Shown piece by piece: positions 41,514-50,825 of a DNA stretch of 64,000 bases. The stretch covers positions 7,003,765-7,067,764 of the forward strand of contig NZ_CP022163.1 in NCBI RefSeq assembly GCF_002305855.1, written 5' to 3'. The notes beneath the pieces were generated by a model, which saw nothing but the letters and a program-made list of their open reading frames with translations, made no database searches and was not told the DNA's origin. The DNA comes from Melittangium boletus DSM 14713. Its GTDB lineage: Bacteria > Myxococcota > Myxococcia > Myxococcales > Myxococcaceae. How positions within the stretch are numbered: the first letter of the stretch is position 1; each line of letters starts with the position of its first letter. Both the position numbers and the translations under genes were made by a program.

Positions 41514-42110
41514 ATGGACGCAAGGCGGTTGTTGGGTTGGGGCCTGGTCGCGCTCTGCACGGCGTGCAGCGGAGCGAAGCAGGCGGTGCGGGAGCCGTCC
41601 GAGCAGGCGACAGGGGGTTCTGGCCTCGTGGCTCAATCCCCGGGTGCGTCCGATTCCAGACGCTACGTGGACCAGACCCTGGGCTTCGAGCTCACCCAGC
41701 CGGGGGGGGACTGGTTGTTGGATGAGACGGGTGAGCAGACGCCCGAGGGGCTCGCCATTCCCGTCGTGCTGCACCACCGCACCAGCGGGGCCCAGATGGT
41801 GTTGCAGGTGGCGCCCGCGGTGGCCTCGCCCATTCAGTTCGCCGAGCGGCTGACGATGGGCCTGCGCAGCCAGCCCGGCTTCGTCACCAGCGATCCCGAG
41901 CCGCTGCCCCTGTCCGATAGCGCCGTGGGCTTCCACTTCGCCGTGGGCGACAACGTGCGCGGGCGGGTGGTGGTGCGTGACGGCAGCGCCGGCCACGTCT
42001 TCATGATGCTCGCCACCTGGCCGACGGCCGCTCCGGAGGAGGTGCCCGAGACGGTGGACGCCCTCTTCGAGAGCGTCCACCCGCTGCCCCTGGCGCCCGA
42101 GCAGACCTGA
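41514..42110 (+). CDS. Hypothetical lipoprotein
   Basis: ATG with GGGGAG RBS. Lipobox 'LVALCTACSGA'. 198 aa. Confidence 0.5.
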   Translation: MDARRLLGWGLVALCTACSGAKQAVREPSEQATGGSGLVAQSPGASDSRRYVDQTLGFELTQPGGDWLLDETGEQTPEGLAIPVVLHHRTSGAQMVLQVAPAVASPIQFAERLTMGLRSQPGFVTSDPEPLPLSDSAVGFHFAVGDNVRGRVVVRDGSAGHVFMMLATWPTAAPEEVPETVDALFESVHPLPLAPEQT

Positions 42111-42113
42111 GCG

Positions 42114-43709
42114 CTAGCCCTTCGCGCGGCCGCCCCGCGGGCTCTTGGCGGCCGCCGGGGGCTTGGGCGTGGGGGCCTCGGTGGCCGCGTCCGCCTCGAG
42201 CTGGGTGGTGCGCCGCCGCACGTACTCCACCAGCGTGCGCACGCCCACGCCCGTGGGGCCCTTGGCGTTGTAGCCGCGCTCCTTGGGGCTGATGGACGGA
42301 CCCGCGATGTCCAGGTGCACCCACGGCGTCTCGCCGACGAACTCCTTGAGGAAGAGCGCGGCGTTGGTGGCGCCCGCCCAGCGCTCGCCCGAGTTCTTCA
42401 TGTCGGCGATCTCCGAGCGCAGCGCGTCCTTCTGCAGCTCCGTCACGGGCAGGCGCCACATCTCCTCGCCCGCGGCGCGCGCCGACTCCATCACCTCGTT
42501 CACCGTGGCGTCATGCTCGCCAAAGGCACCCACGATGTAGTTGCCCAGGGCGACGATGCACGCGCCGGTGAGCGTGGCCAGGTCGATGAGCGCCGACGGC
42601 TTGTGCTCGTTCGCCCAGGTGAGCACGTCGCCGAGCACCAGGCGCCCCTCGGCGTCCGTGTTCGTCACCTCCACCGTCTTGCCCAGGCGCGACACGAGGA
42701 CGTCGCTGGGCCGGTAGGACGTGCCCGAGGGCATGTTCTCGCACGCGCCAATGAAGGCGTGCACGGGGAAGGGCGGCTTGAGCGCGGCGATGACCTTCAT
42801 GGCGCCGAGCACCGCGGCCGAGCCCGCCATGTCCGTCTTCATGTCCACCATGGAGTCGGTGGGCTTGAGCGACAGGCCACCCGAGTCGAAGGTGATGGCC
42901 TTGCCCACGAGTGCCAGGGGCGGCTGCTTCGCCTGCTTCGCGTTCTTCGGCGTGTATTCCACGTGGATGAGCTGCGGCTCGTTCGCGCTGCCCTGGGCCA
43001 CCGCGAGGAACATGCCCATCCTCAACTTCTCGATCTCCTTGCGCCCGCTCACGCTCACCTTGAGCCCCACTTCGCGGCCCATCTCCTGCGCGGCCTGGGC
43101 CAGGCGCGCCGGGTTGACCACGTTGGGCGGCTCGTGGGTGAGATCCCTCGCCCAGTTGGTGGCCTCGGCCACGCGCTGCGCGAGCGCCACGGCCTGCTCC
43201 TGCTCCTTCGTCTTCTCCCCGTCGACGTGCAGCTTCACGGCCGTCAGCTTCGGCGCGTTCTTCTCCTCGCGGGCCGAGGACTTGTAGCGATCGAAGCGGT
43301 AGGCGCCCAGCTCCAGGCCCTCGACCACGGCGCGCACGGCACCCGTCACCTCCAGGCCCCCGGGCACCGCGAACACCAGCGTGCGCGTCTTGAGGCGCTG
43401 GGCCGTCTTCGCGGCGCGGCCCGCGGTGAGCCGCAACACCTCCGGGGTGAAGCGCGCGCGCGTGCCCAGGCCGAGCAGCAACACGCGATCCGCGGCGAGT
43501 TTACCCAGGGTGTGGATGACGAAGGACTGATCGCCCTTCCCCTTGAAGCCCTCCTGGGCGGCGGCGGCGAGCAGCCGCGAGTCCAGCGCCGCGTGCACTC
43601 CGGCCAGGATGCCGGGAGGGGTGTCTCCGGTCTCGCCTTCGAAAAGGGGGATCACGAGCAACTCACCGCTCGCGCGGGCCAGTTCGCCGGAGACGAAGCT
43701 GAAGTTCAT
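42114..43709 (-). CDS. pepA: Leucyl aminopeptidase (M17)
   Basis: 'NTDAEGRLVLGDVLTWANE' (M17 NTDAEGRL signature). 'VGKAITFDSGGLSLKP'. Confidence 0.9.
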   Translation of the reverse strand: MNFSFVSGELARASGELLVIPLFEGETGDTPPGILAGVHAALDSRLLAAAAQEGFKGKGDQSFVIHTLGKLAADRVLLLGLGTRARFTPEVLRLTAGRAAKTAQRLKTRTLVFAVPGGLEVTGAVRAVVEGLELGAYRFDRYKSSAREEKNAPKLTAVKLHVDGEKTKEQEQAVALAQRVAEATNWARDLTHEPPNVVNPARLAQAAQEMGREVGLKVSVSGRKEIEKLRMGMFLAVAQGSANEPQLIHVEYTPKNAKQAKQPPLALVGKAITFDSGGLSLKPTDSMVDMKTDMAGSAAVLGAMKVIAALKPPFPVHAFIGACENMPSGTSYRPSDVLVSRLGKTVEVTNTDAEGRLVLGDVLTWANEHKPSALIDLATLTGACIVALGNYIVGAFGEHDATVNEVMESARAAGEEMWRLPVTELQKDALRSEIADMKNSGERWAGATNAALFLKEFVGETPWVHLDIAGPSISPKERGYNAKGPTGVGVRTLVEYVRRRTTQLEADAATEAPTPKPPAAAKSPRGGRAKG

Positions 43710-43833
43710 GGGGGAAGGCAACTCCTGATAGAGGGGAGAGGGGCGTGGGACTGTAGCGCCGCGAATGTTTCAGGCAAGAACGGTCGAGAGTTCCCGCGTT
43801 GCATTGACACTCCACGCTGACTAGGTCCCCGCC

Positions 43834-44727
43834 ATGCCTTCGTTGCTGTTGCACCTCACGGCCATCGAGAGGCTGGCCGCCAACCCGGGAGCGCTCCCCG
43901 AGGACTTCGTGCGCGCTTTGTCCGAGGACCTGGCCTACGCACGTTTTGGCGCGGCCCTGCCGGATCTCCCCCTGTGCGAGGGGCTGTTCGGCGGGCTCGC
44001 CTCGAGCGTGTCCGGGCGGGATTGGCCCCTCTACGCGAAGCTCTTCCACGAGCGTGCTCCGGTGACCCTGGGCCTCAAGATGGCGGAGTTGGTGGCGGCC
44101 GGCGCCCTGGTGGGCACCGAGGCCGGGCTCGCGCTGCTGGCCGGCTATTTCACCCACCTGTCCCTGGACCGGGCGCTCCATCCTCAAGTGGACAAACTGG
44201 TGTTGCGCCACCGGCGCCGGGGCGAGCACGCGCTCGTCGCGCACCGGCAGATCGAATGGACGCAGACGCTCTTCTACCTGCGCGAGTTGCATGGAGTGGA
44301 CCTGATGGGCAGTCCCCGCCTGCGCTCGCGCTTCCAGGTGACCAAGAGCACGGGCCTTCCCCTCAAGGGCATTGGCCGCGGCATCTATGAGTTGGTGCGG
44401 CTGGCCTCGCAGGAGACGTTTCAGCAGGCGCCCAGCAAGTCCGAGGTGGACGCGTGGGTGCGGGGCCTGTACCGCGCGGGGCTCTACCTCTCCAGCCCCG
44501 TGGGGCGCATGAAGGCGCTGCCGGCCTGGTCGCAGCTGAGCTTCCAGGAGTTGTACCGCAACGACACGTTCGACTTCGCGCGCGAGGTGGAGCTCGCGGT
44601 GGAGCAGACGCGCGGCGTGTTGCGGCGGCTGCTCGCGTATATGGCCCGCGGTATTTTCACGCCGCGTGCGCGGGCGCGCTTCCTCACGGAGTTTCCCGAG
44701 GGCACCATCGGGGTGAACGCCGCCTAG
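43834..44727 (+). CDS. Hypothetical protein
   Basis: 297-aa ORF with consistent codon usage. No confident family assignment. Confidence 0.45.
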   Translation: MPSLLLHLTAIERLAANPGALPEDFVRALSEDLAYARFGAALPDLPLCEGLFGGLASSVSGRDWPLYAKLFHERAPVTLGLKMAELVAAGALVGTEAGLALLAGYFTHLSLDRALHPQVDKLVLRHRRRGEHALVAHRQIEWTQTLFYLRELHGVDLMGSPRLRSRFQVTKSTGLPLKGIGRGIYELVRLASQETFQQAPSKSEVDAWVRGLYRAGLYLSSPVGRMKALPAWSQLSFQELYRNDTFDFAREVELAVEQTRGVLRRLLAYMARGIFTPRARARFLTEFPEGTIGVNAA

Positions 44728-44852
44728 GCCTGGACGCCAACACCCTTCGGGACACGCCCCCCAGGGGGAAGGGCAGACGGCCGATCGAGCCGGGAAGTGT
44801 CAGGGAATGCGCCTATCCGATCGTCAAGGGGGCCCCTATCCTCCTCTTGGGT

Positions 44853-45620
44853 ATGACGCTTCTCTTCTTGATCGCCGCGGGTGTCCTCTCGGGGACGTTG
44901 GGTGCCCTCCTCGGGGTGGGGGGAGGGGTCATCCTGGTGCCTACCCTGGTGCTTGGCTTCCAGGTGCCATTGGAGGACGCCGTCCCCGCGAGCCTCATGT
45001 GCGTGGTGGCGAGCTCCTGCGGCGCGTCGGCCAGCTATCTGGAGCGGCGGCTGAGTGATGTGCGCCTGGGTCTGACCCTGGAGCTGGCCACGGTGACGGG
45101 CGCCATCGTGGGCGGACTGGTGGCGACCCTGGTGGCGCCGGCCTGGGTCGCGCTCGTCTTCGGGCTCTTCGCCCTCTACGTGTCGGCGCAGATGCTGCTC
45201 GCACGGGGAGGCCGGGAGCAGCGGCTCGAGGACTACACACCCACCAATTACCCCCTGGGCATCTCCGGCTCCTTCGTGGCGGGCAGCCTGTCGGCGCTGC
45301 TGGGCGTGGGCGGTGGCCCCCTCAAGGTGCCGTTGATGACCTACGGCATGCGGGTGCCCTTCAAGGTGGCCAGCGCCACGAGCAATCTGATGATCGGCGT
45401 GACGGGCGCGGCGAGCGTGGCCGCCTATGCGTGGCGTGGCCACGTGAAGCTCGCGCTGGTGGCGCCCCTGGTGGTGGGGGTGCTGGCGGGGGCCTCGGTG
45501 GGCAGCCGGTTGATGCCGCGGGTGCCCACGGGGGTGTTGCGCCGGCTGTTCGCGGGTGTGCTGCTGATGGTGGCGGCGCAGATGTTGTGGAAGGGAGCGG
45601 AAGGACTATGGCCGAAATAG
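44853..45620 (+). CDS. TauE/SafE (DUF81) family sulfite/anion exporter
   Basis: Two 'LGVGGG' repeats ('LGALLGVGGGVILVP', 'LSALLGVGGGPLKVP'). ~8 TM helices. Confidence 0.8.
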   Translation: MTLLFLIAAGVLSGTLGALLGVGGGVILVPTLVLGFQVPLEDAVPASLMCVVASSCGASASYLERRLSDVRLGLTLELATVTGAIVGGLVATLVAPAWVALVFGLFALYVSAQMLLARGGREQRLEDYTPTNYPLGISGSFVAGSLSALLGVGGGPLKVPLMTYGMRVPFKVASATSNLMIGVTGAASVAAYAWRGHVKLALVAPLVVGVLAGASVGSRLMPRVPTGVLRRLFAGVLLMVAAQMLWKGAEGLWPK

Positions 45621-46018
45621 CCGAAATGACCTCACGGGAGCCCAGACCGGTGGCCGTTCCCGTGTCCATGGATCCCACACCTTCCGAGTCCCGGGCCCGG
45701 CCCTCGGCCACGCACGTCGAGCGGGCCGAGGCCGGAGAGCAGTGGATCGCCCGGCTGCTGCGCGGGGGCGCCCTGTGCAGCGGTGCGCTCTTCCTGGTGT
45801 CGCTCGCGCTGGAGTCCCTGCCGGACTCCGAGTCCGTGCACGTGCTCATCGACATCCTGCGCAAGGGCGCGGCGTCCGCCCTGCTGGTGACGCCCGTGGT
45901 GCGCCTGATGGTCGCGGGCACCACCCTGGGGCTGCGCGGCGAGTGGCGCTATGCGCTCTACGCCGCGGGAGTCCTGGGCCTGCTCGCGGTGGCGGTGGGC
46001 ACGGGCCTCCACGCCTGA
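45608..46018 (+). CDS. DUF1634-like small membrane protein (usual partner of DUF81 transporters)
   Basis: ATG overlaps the TauE 3' end. Two to three hydrophobic helices ('GALCSGALFLVSLALE', 'YAAGVLGLLAVAVGTG'). Confidence 0.55.
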   Translation: MAEIAEMTSREPRPVAVPVSMDPTPSESRARPSATHVERAEAGEQWIARLLRGGALCSGALFLVSLALESLPDSESVHVLIDILRKGAASALLVTPVVRLMVAGTTLGLRGEWRYALYAAGVLGLLAVAVGTGLHA

Positions 46019-46022
46019 GCCG

Positions 46023-46892
46023 TCACACCCCGCGCGCGTCGAAGTGGGCGAGCACCTTGCGCGCCCGGGCCACGTCGTCCGCCCGGCCCTGGTGCTCGAA
46101 GAGGGGGATGACCGTCTCGAGCTCCGCGCGCGCCATCTTCCAGTCCTGCACGAAGGTGCACGCGATGCTCAGATCCCACCGGGCCCGCGACTCGTAGGCA
46201 TGGTCGTGCAGCTTCGAGTACAGCTCCGCCGCCGTGCGCAGGTGGGGCCGCGCCGCCTCGTGGTTGCCGAGCAGTCCCTCGGCCTCGCCCAGGAGCAACC
46301 GGCAGAGCGCGAGCGGCTCGAGGTCCTCTTCCTTCTCCAGCACGAGCAGCGCCTCGGCGAAGCGCTTGCGGGCCGCCTCGTAGTCGCCCGTCTCCATGCG
46401 GATGTCGCCGATGTCCAAGAGCAGCCGGGCCACGCGCGGCCCGTTCTTCGCCTGCCGGTAGAGCAGCAGCGCCTCCTGGTACTTCTCCTCGGCGCCCTTG
46501 GGCTGCCCGAGCGAGCGCAGCGACTCGCCGATGGCCGCCCGGCACAAGGCCTCGTTCTCCTGATCCTTCAGCTCGTTGAAGAGGAACGCGGCCCGGGCGA
46601 TGTGCTCGATGGCGCCCCGGTGATCCTCGAAGTGGGCGCGGGCCACGCCCAGCCCGAAGAGCACCTGGGCCTGGCCGTCCTTGTCCGCGGCGGACTGGAA
46701 GAAGCCCAGGGCCTCCTCGTAGTGGCGGCGGCTCTCGGCGTGATCCTCCAGCATGCCGTGCAGCTCGGCGAGCTGCAGCAGCCCCTTGCCAATCTCCCCC
46801 GGGTCGCTGGTGATGCGCGTGACGGCGAGCGCGTTGCGCTGTTGCTGGATGGCTTCGAGGATGTGGGCGCGTTCGGTGTCGTTGGGACTCAT
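46023..46892 (-). CDS. TPR-repeat protein
   Basis: Repeated 34-aa TPR units ('AESRRHYEEALGFF', 'GAEEKYQEALLLYRQAKN', 'YEAARKRFAEALLVLEK'). Confidence 0.7.
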   Translation of the reverse strand: MSPNDTERAHILEAIQQQRNALAVTRITSDPGEIGKGLLQLAELHGMLEDHAESRRHYEEALGFFQSAADKDGQAQVLFGLGVARAHFEDHRGAIEHIARAAFLFNELKDQENEALCRAAIGESLRSLGQPKGAEEKYQEALLLYRQAKNGPRVARLLLDIGDIRMETGDYEAARKRFAEALLVLEKEEDLEPLALCRLLLGEAEGLLGNHEAARPHLRTAAELYSKLHDHAYESRARWDLSIACTFVQDWKMARAELETVIPLFEHQGRADDVARARKVLAHFDARGV

Positions 46893-46903
46893 GGCGGGGC
46901 GGC

Positions 46904-48442
46904 TCAGTTCTCCTCGCCCTTGTTACGGCGCCGGGGCGCCTTGTCCAGCGATTCCGCCCGGCCGGCCTCGTGCACCAGCAGGGGCGAGAAGAAGCAGTCC
47001 TTCTTGGTGTACTCGTCGAAGGAGAAGGCGAAGCGGTAGCTGGCGGCCGCGCGCTGGTTGCAGTCGGTGCGCTCGCAGAAGCGGCAGGAGATGCCACTGG
47101 GGACCGCGTCCTTGCGCAGGTCCGTGGTGGGCAGCCCATAGGCCAGGTACTTGGCGTTCTCCGCGTGGGTGCCCAGACCGATGGAGTAGGCCGTGCCGCG
47201 CACGATGGAGCCCTCGATGGGTTGCAGCTGCACCTTGGCGAAGCAGAAGTACGACGTGCCATCCGGCATCATCGAGTACTGCCGGGTGAGCTGCGAGGGA
47301 TTGAGGAAGGCCAGGTGCACGGCCCACTTGCCGCACGAGCCGCCGCCCGAGGCGAACTTGATGCCCGTGCCGCTGTAGCGCTTGGAGATGTTGCCCGCGA
47401 TGTCCGAGCGCAGGAAGTGGAAGGGCAGGCCGCGGCGCTTGGGATCCGACAGGTTGCACAGGCGGTGGGCCACCGTCTCGTACGTGGTGCCGAAGAGGTT
47501 GGACAGGAGCTCCACGTCGTAGCGCGTGCGCTCCACATCCTTGAAGAACTCCCCGTAGGGCAGCATCAGCGCGCCCGCGAAGTAGTTGGCCAGGTGCACC
47601 TTGATGAGCCGCAGCGTCTCGGCGTGCCGCGTGCGCGCCGCGCCGACGATCCGCTCCACCAGCTTCTCCTTGTCCAGCATCAGGATGCCGATGGAGGCGG
47701 CGAGCTGGAACTTGAGCGGCTGCTCGGTCAGGTCCGGCGAGAGGGTGAGCTCCTGGTTCTCCGCGTCCAGGCGGCGCACCACCGAGGAGCCGCTGGAGGC
47801 GGCCTCCAGGCGCACCCGGTAGCCGAAGCGCTCCTCCAGCAGGGGCACGAGCTGGGGGCTCGACAACAACCGCCCGAGCTTGAAGTCGCGCCGCATCGAC
47901 TCGGCCTGTTCCTCCAGCTCGGGGAAGTAGTTGTGGTGGGACTCGAGGAAGTCGCTCACCTCGTCGAAGGGGGAGTAGTCGAAGCGGGGGCCCGCCGAGC
48001 TGCCCGGCGTCGCGTTCATCCGCGCGCTCTCCTCCACGTTGAGCTGCGCGAGCACGTTCTCCAACTGTGTGCGCGTGTTCTTGTAGAGGTTGAAGAGCGC
48101 GGCCACCGTGCCGGCGAGCTTCGGCTCCGCGGACAGGCTCTGCAGGGACTCCGAGTCGATATCCAGGCTCTTGAGCAGGGGCTCGTCCAGCAGCTTCGCG
48201 AGCGCCTCGTCCACGCGGCCCTCGCCCAGGGTGGACATGAACTGCTCGGGATCCTGATCGAAGTAGCGCAGCGCCTTCCACAGCAGCGGGAAGGGCATGA
48301 CGCGCTTGCCCTTCTCGATGAGGTTCAAGTAGGCGGGGGACACCCCCAGGTCCTTGGCCGCATCCGTCTGCTTGATGTTGCGAGCGAGCCGCAAGCCCCG
48401 GAGTTTGAGGCCCACGTTCGCGTTCAGTGCGTTCTCGTTCAT
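46904..48442 (-). CDS. XRE-family HTH regulator with C-terminal DUF2083/ImmA-like domain (ScfR/PrpR-like)
   Basis: 'VGLKLRGLRLARNIKQTDAAKDLGVSPAYLNLIEKGKR' is an HTH_XRE. The long C-terminal region has Cys/His residues ('CRFCERTDC'). ATG at 48442. Confidence 0.7.
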   Translation of the reverse strand: MNENALNANVGLKLRGLRLARNIKQTDAAKDLGVSPAYLNLIEKGKRVMPFPLLWKALRYFDQDPEQFMSTLGEGRVDEALAKLLDEPLLKSLDIDSESLQSLSAEPKLAGTVAALFNLYKNTRTQLENVLAQLNVEESARMNATPGSSAGPRFDYSPFDEVSDFLESHHNYFPELEEQAESMRRDFKLGRLLSSPQLVPLLEERFGYRVRLEAASSGSSVVRRLDAENQELTLSPDLTEQPLKFQLAASIGILMLDKEKLVERIVGAARTRHAETLRLIKVHLANYFAGALMLPYGEFFKDVERTRYDVELLSNLFGTTYETVAHRLCNLSDPKRRGLPFHFLRSDIAGNISKRYSGTGIKFASGGGSCGKWAVHLAFLNPSQLTRQYSMMPDGTSYFCFAKVQLQPIEGSIVRGTAYSIGLGTHAENAKYLAYGLPTTDLRKDAVPSGISCRFCERTDCNQRAAASYRFAFSFDEYTKKDCFFSPLLVHEAGRAESLDKAPRRRNKGEEN

Positions 48443-48766
48443 CGCCGCGTCCTGGAGCGGGGGCCCACGTGTCCTTCCGGGGCACCTCCGTTCCATCCAC
48501 TGTGCGGACGCATTTACCGATTTGCAATAAACGTTTTCAGCCGAAACCCCCCTTGTCCTCGAACCGACGGTGCACGCCGGGCCTGCGCGGACTTCCTCTT
48601 GGGCCGCGTCTAAGCCGTTGATTCACCAAGGGTTGTTGGAAAGAGGACGAGCCGTGGCCCCCGTGGAGGGCGGCTGTCAAATTTTACCAGCGCGGTTTAC
48701 CAGCGGGGAGCGTTGACGCCCCGCGGCACGGCGCGGTCCCGCGACGCGTGCGCTCGCGCGGACCCT

Positions 48767-48792
48767 GTAACCTGAAATTCCCGCATGGCGTA
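48767..48792 (+). promoter_or_regulatory. Candidate ECF-type promoter (GTAACC-N16-CGTA) upstream of the MNIO precursor gene
   Basis: 'AAC' -35 core and 'CGT' -10 core with 16-nt spacing, ~45 bp before the ATG at 48839. A tandem 13-bp repeat TTTACCAGCGSGG sits at 48683-48708. Confidence 0.35.
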
Positions 48793-48838
48793 CGGGTTCA
48801 CGAGCGAACCCCCCGCCTTCCGCGGGGGATTTCCCGCC

Positions 48839-49114
48839 ATGACCCGAAAGGCCACACCCATGAACGTCAAGACCCTGACCGCTCTCGTTGGAACCCTCTC
48901 CCTCGGTGCTCTCGCCACCGGCTGTGCGACCGCGAAGCCCGCGGCCGCCCCCTCCGAGCAGGGCTCGGCCACCGTGAACAGCGCGGCCGCCACCCCCGAG
49001 AAGGCCGCCGAGGGCACCTGCTCCGGCAAGGCCTCGCCCACCACCGAGAAGGCCGCCGAGCACGGCTGTGGCGCGGGCGGCTGCGGCGCCAGCGGCTGCG
49101 GCGGCAAGAAGTAG
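48839..49114 (+). CDS. Small secreted Cys/Gly-rich peptide, candidate MNIO (DUF692) precursor
   Basis: 91 aa (or 84 from the ATG at 48860). Signal/lipobox 'MNVKTLTALVGTLSLGALATGC'. Core 'EGTCSGK...EHGCGAGGCGASGCGGKK'. Ends 99 bp before the DUF692 gene. Confidence 0.55.
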   Translation: MTRKATPMNVKTLTALVGTLSLGALATGCATAKPAAAPSEQGSATVNSAAATPEKAAEGTCSGKASPTTEKAAEHGCGAGGCGASGCGGKK

Positions 49115-49212
49115 TCAACCTCCAGGCCCTCGGCGACGCCGGGGGTCGTTTCATCCGGGCGGTGGGGAAGTCTTGTCCCGCCGCCCGTGTCTTTTTCCCC
49201 GAGGGAGACGGC

Positions 49213-50061
49213 ATGCCGGTGGGTGATGCGTACGGACGGAAGTGGAAGCCGCTGGGAGTGGGGATCGGGCTGCGGCGCGAGTTCTACACGCTCCTGCCGG
49301 AGACCTCCCGGGCGCTCGACTGGGTGGAGATCATCCCCGAGAACTTCCTCACCCTGGGGGGCCGTCCCCAGCGCGCGCTGGACGCGTGTGGAGAGCGCTG
49401 GACGCTCCTGCCCCATGGCGTGGCGCTCAACGTGGGCGGGCCGGATCCCCTGGACGAGGCCTACCTCGCCGGGCTCCGGGCGCTGGTGGAGCGCGTGGAT
49501 GCGCCCTTCTTCTCGGATCACCTGTGCTACGCGCGGCTGGGCGGGGCGTACCTCTACGATCTGCTGCCGTTGCCCTTCTCCGAGGAGGCCGTGGAGCACG
49601 TGGTGCCCCGGGTGCGCGAGGCGCAGGCGCGGGTGGGCCGGCCCTTCCTGCTGGAGAATCCGAGCTACTACGCGCACATGCCCGGCGGCACCCTGGCGGA
49701 AGCGGACTTCCTGCGGCACGTGGTCGAGCAGGCCGACTGTGGCCTGTTGCTGGACGTGAACAACGTGTACGTGAACGCGTGCAACCATGGCTATGACCCG
49801 CGCGCCTTCGTGGACGCGCTGCCGTTGGAGCGGGTGGGGCAGCTCCACCTGGCGGGGCACGAGCGCCAGCCGGACGTGCTCATCGACACGCATGGCGGGC
49901 CCGTCTGCGACGAGGTGTGGTCGCTCTACCGCTATGTGCTCGAGCGCACGGGGCCGGTGTCCACGTTGATCGAATGGGATCAGCACATCCCCTCGCTGGA
50001 CGCGGTGCTGGACGAGGCGGATCGGGCACGCGCGCTGATGGCGCGGGTGGAGGCGCGATGA
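49213..50061 (+). CDS. DUF692 multinuclear non-heme iron oxidative enzyme (MNIO; MbnB/BufB/HvfB family)
   Basis: ATG with GGGAG RBS. TIM-barrel DUF692 pattern 'LGVGIGLRREFY...LDWVEIIPENF...HGVALNVGG...FSDHLCY...FLLENPSYY...LLDVNNVYVNACNHGYD...LHLAGHE'. Confidence 0.85.
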   Translation: MPVGDAYGRKWKPLGVGIGLRREFYTLLPETSRALDWVEIIPENFLTLGGRPQRALDACGERWTLLPHGVALNVGGPDPLDEAYLAGLRALVERVDAPFFSDHLCYARLGGAYLYDLLPLPFSEEAVEHVVPRVREAQARVGRPFLLENPSYYAHMPGGTLAEADFLRHVVEQADCGLLLDVNNVYVNACNHGYDPRAFVDALPLERVGQLHLAGHERQPDVLIDTHGGPVCDEVWSLYRYVLERTGPVSTLIEWDQHIPSLDAVLDEADRARALMARVEAR

Positions 50062-50774
50062 AACCCGGACTGCGCGGCTTCTTCGACTCGATGGAGAGCT
50101 ACTTCACGGACCCGGCGCCGGAGGCCCTGGAGCGCCTGTACGCGGCGCATCCAGGCTGGGACGCCCCCCGTTCGCGGGTGGCGCTCTATGGCCAGATGGT
50201 GCGTCACCACGGCGATGCCACGCTCGACAAGCTCTACCCCCGGGTCCGCGGGTGCGTGGACGCGGAGACCTGGACGGCGCTGCTCCGGGCCTACGCGGCG
50301 TCCCGTCCCGCCCGGCCCTTCGAGATGAACCAGGTGGGCGAGGGGTTCGCCGGATTTCTCGCGGACGAGGCCCACGCGCGGGGCCTGCCGGACTTCCTGC
50401 CCGCGCTGGCGCGCTTCGAGTGGACGGACTTCGCGGTGTACATGTCCAGGGAGGAGGTGCCGGCGCGGGTGGAGCGGCTGACGGTGAACCCCACGCTGGC
50501 GATGCTGGAGCATCCCTTCCAGCTCTGCGCCTGGCTGCGGGGGGGCACCCCGGAGCGGCCGGCCCCGGGACAGGAGCTGGCGCTGCTCTGGAGGCACCCG
50601 GAGCGGCTGGTGACGATGTTCCTCGCGGCGGACGACCGCGCGCTGCTGGTGCTCAAGATGGCGGTGGAAGGACTCACGCCGGAGCAGGTGGCGGCGGCCA
50701 CGGGCGTGGACGCGCGCGCCATCCACGACGCCGTGGCGGCCCGTGTGGAGGAAGGCCTCGTGCTGGCGCCTTGA
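50058..50774 (+). CDS. DUF2063-family MNIO partner protein (BufC/HvfC/MbnC-like)
   Basis: ATG overlaps the DUF692 stop (ATGA). 'FFDSMESYFTDPAPEALERLYAAH...LYGQMVRHH' is a typical DUF2063 N-terminus. Confidence 0.8.
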   Translation: MKPGLRGFFDSMESYFTDPAPEALERLYAAHPGWDAPRSRVALYGQMVRHHGDATLDKLYPRVRGCVDAETWTALLRAYAASRPARPFEMNQVGEGFAGFLADEAHARGLPDFLPALARFEWTDFAVYMSREEVPARVERLTVNPTLAMLEHPFQLCAWLRGGTPERPAPGQELALLWRHPERLVTMFLAADDRALLVLKMAVEGLTPEQVAAATGVDARAIHDAVAARVEEGLVLAP

Positions 50775-50825
50775 GCCCACGGGCCAGGGCGGTCCCGGGA
50801 GGACCCGGAGCCGCCCCGGTGGGAC

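Noticed and set aside
42315-43820. 501-aa plus ORF
   Set aside because: Antisense to pepA.
46970-49986. ORFs 46970..48613 (+) and 48697..49986 (-)
   Set aside because: Antisense to the XRE/DUF2083 regulator and to the DUF692 gene, respectively.
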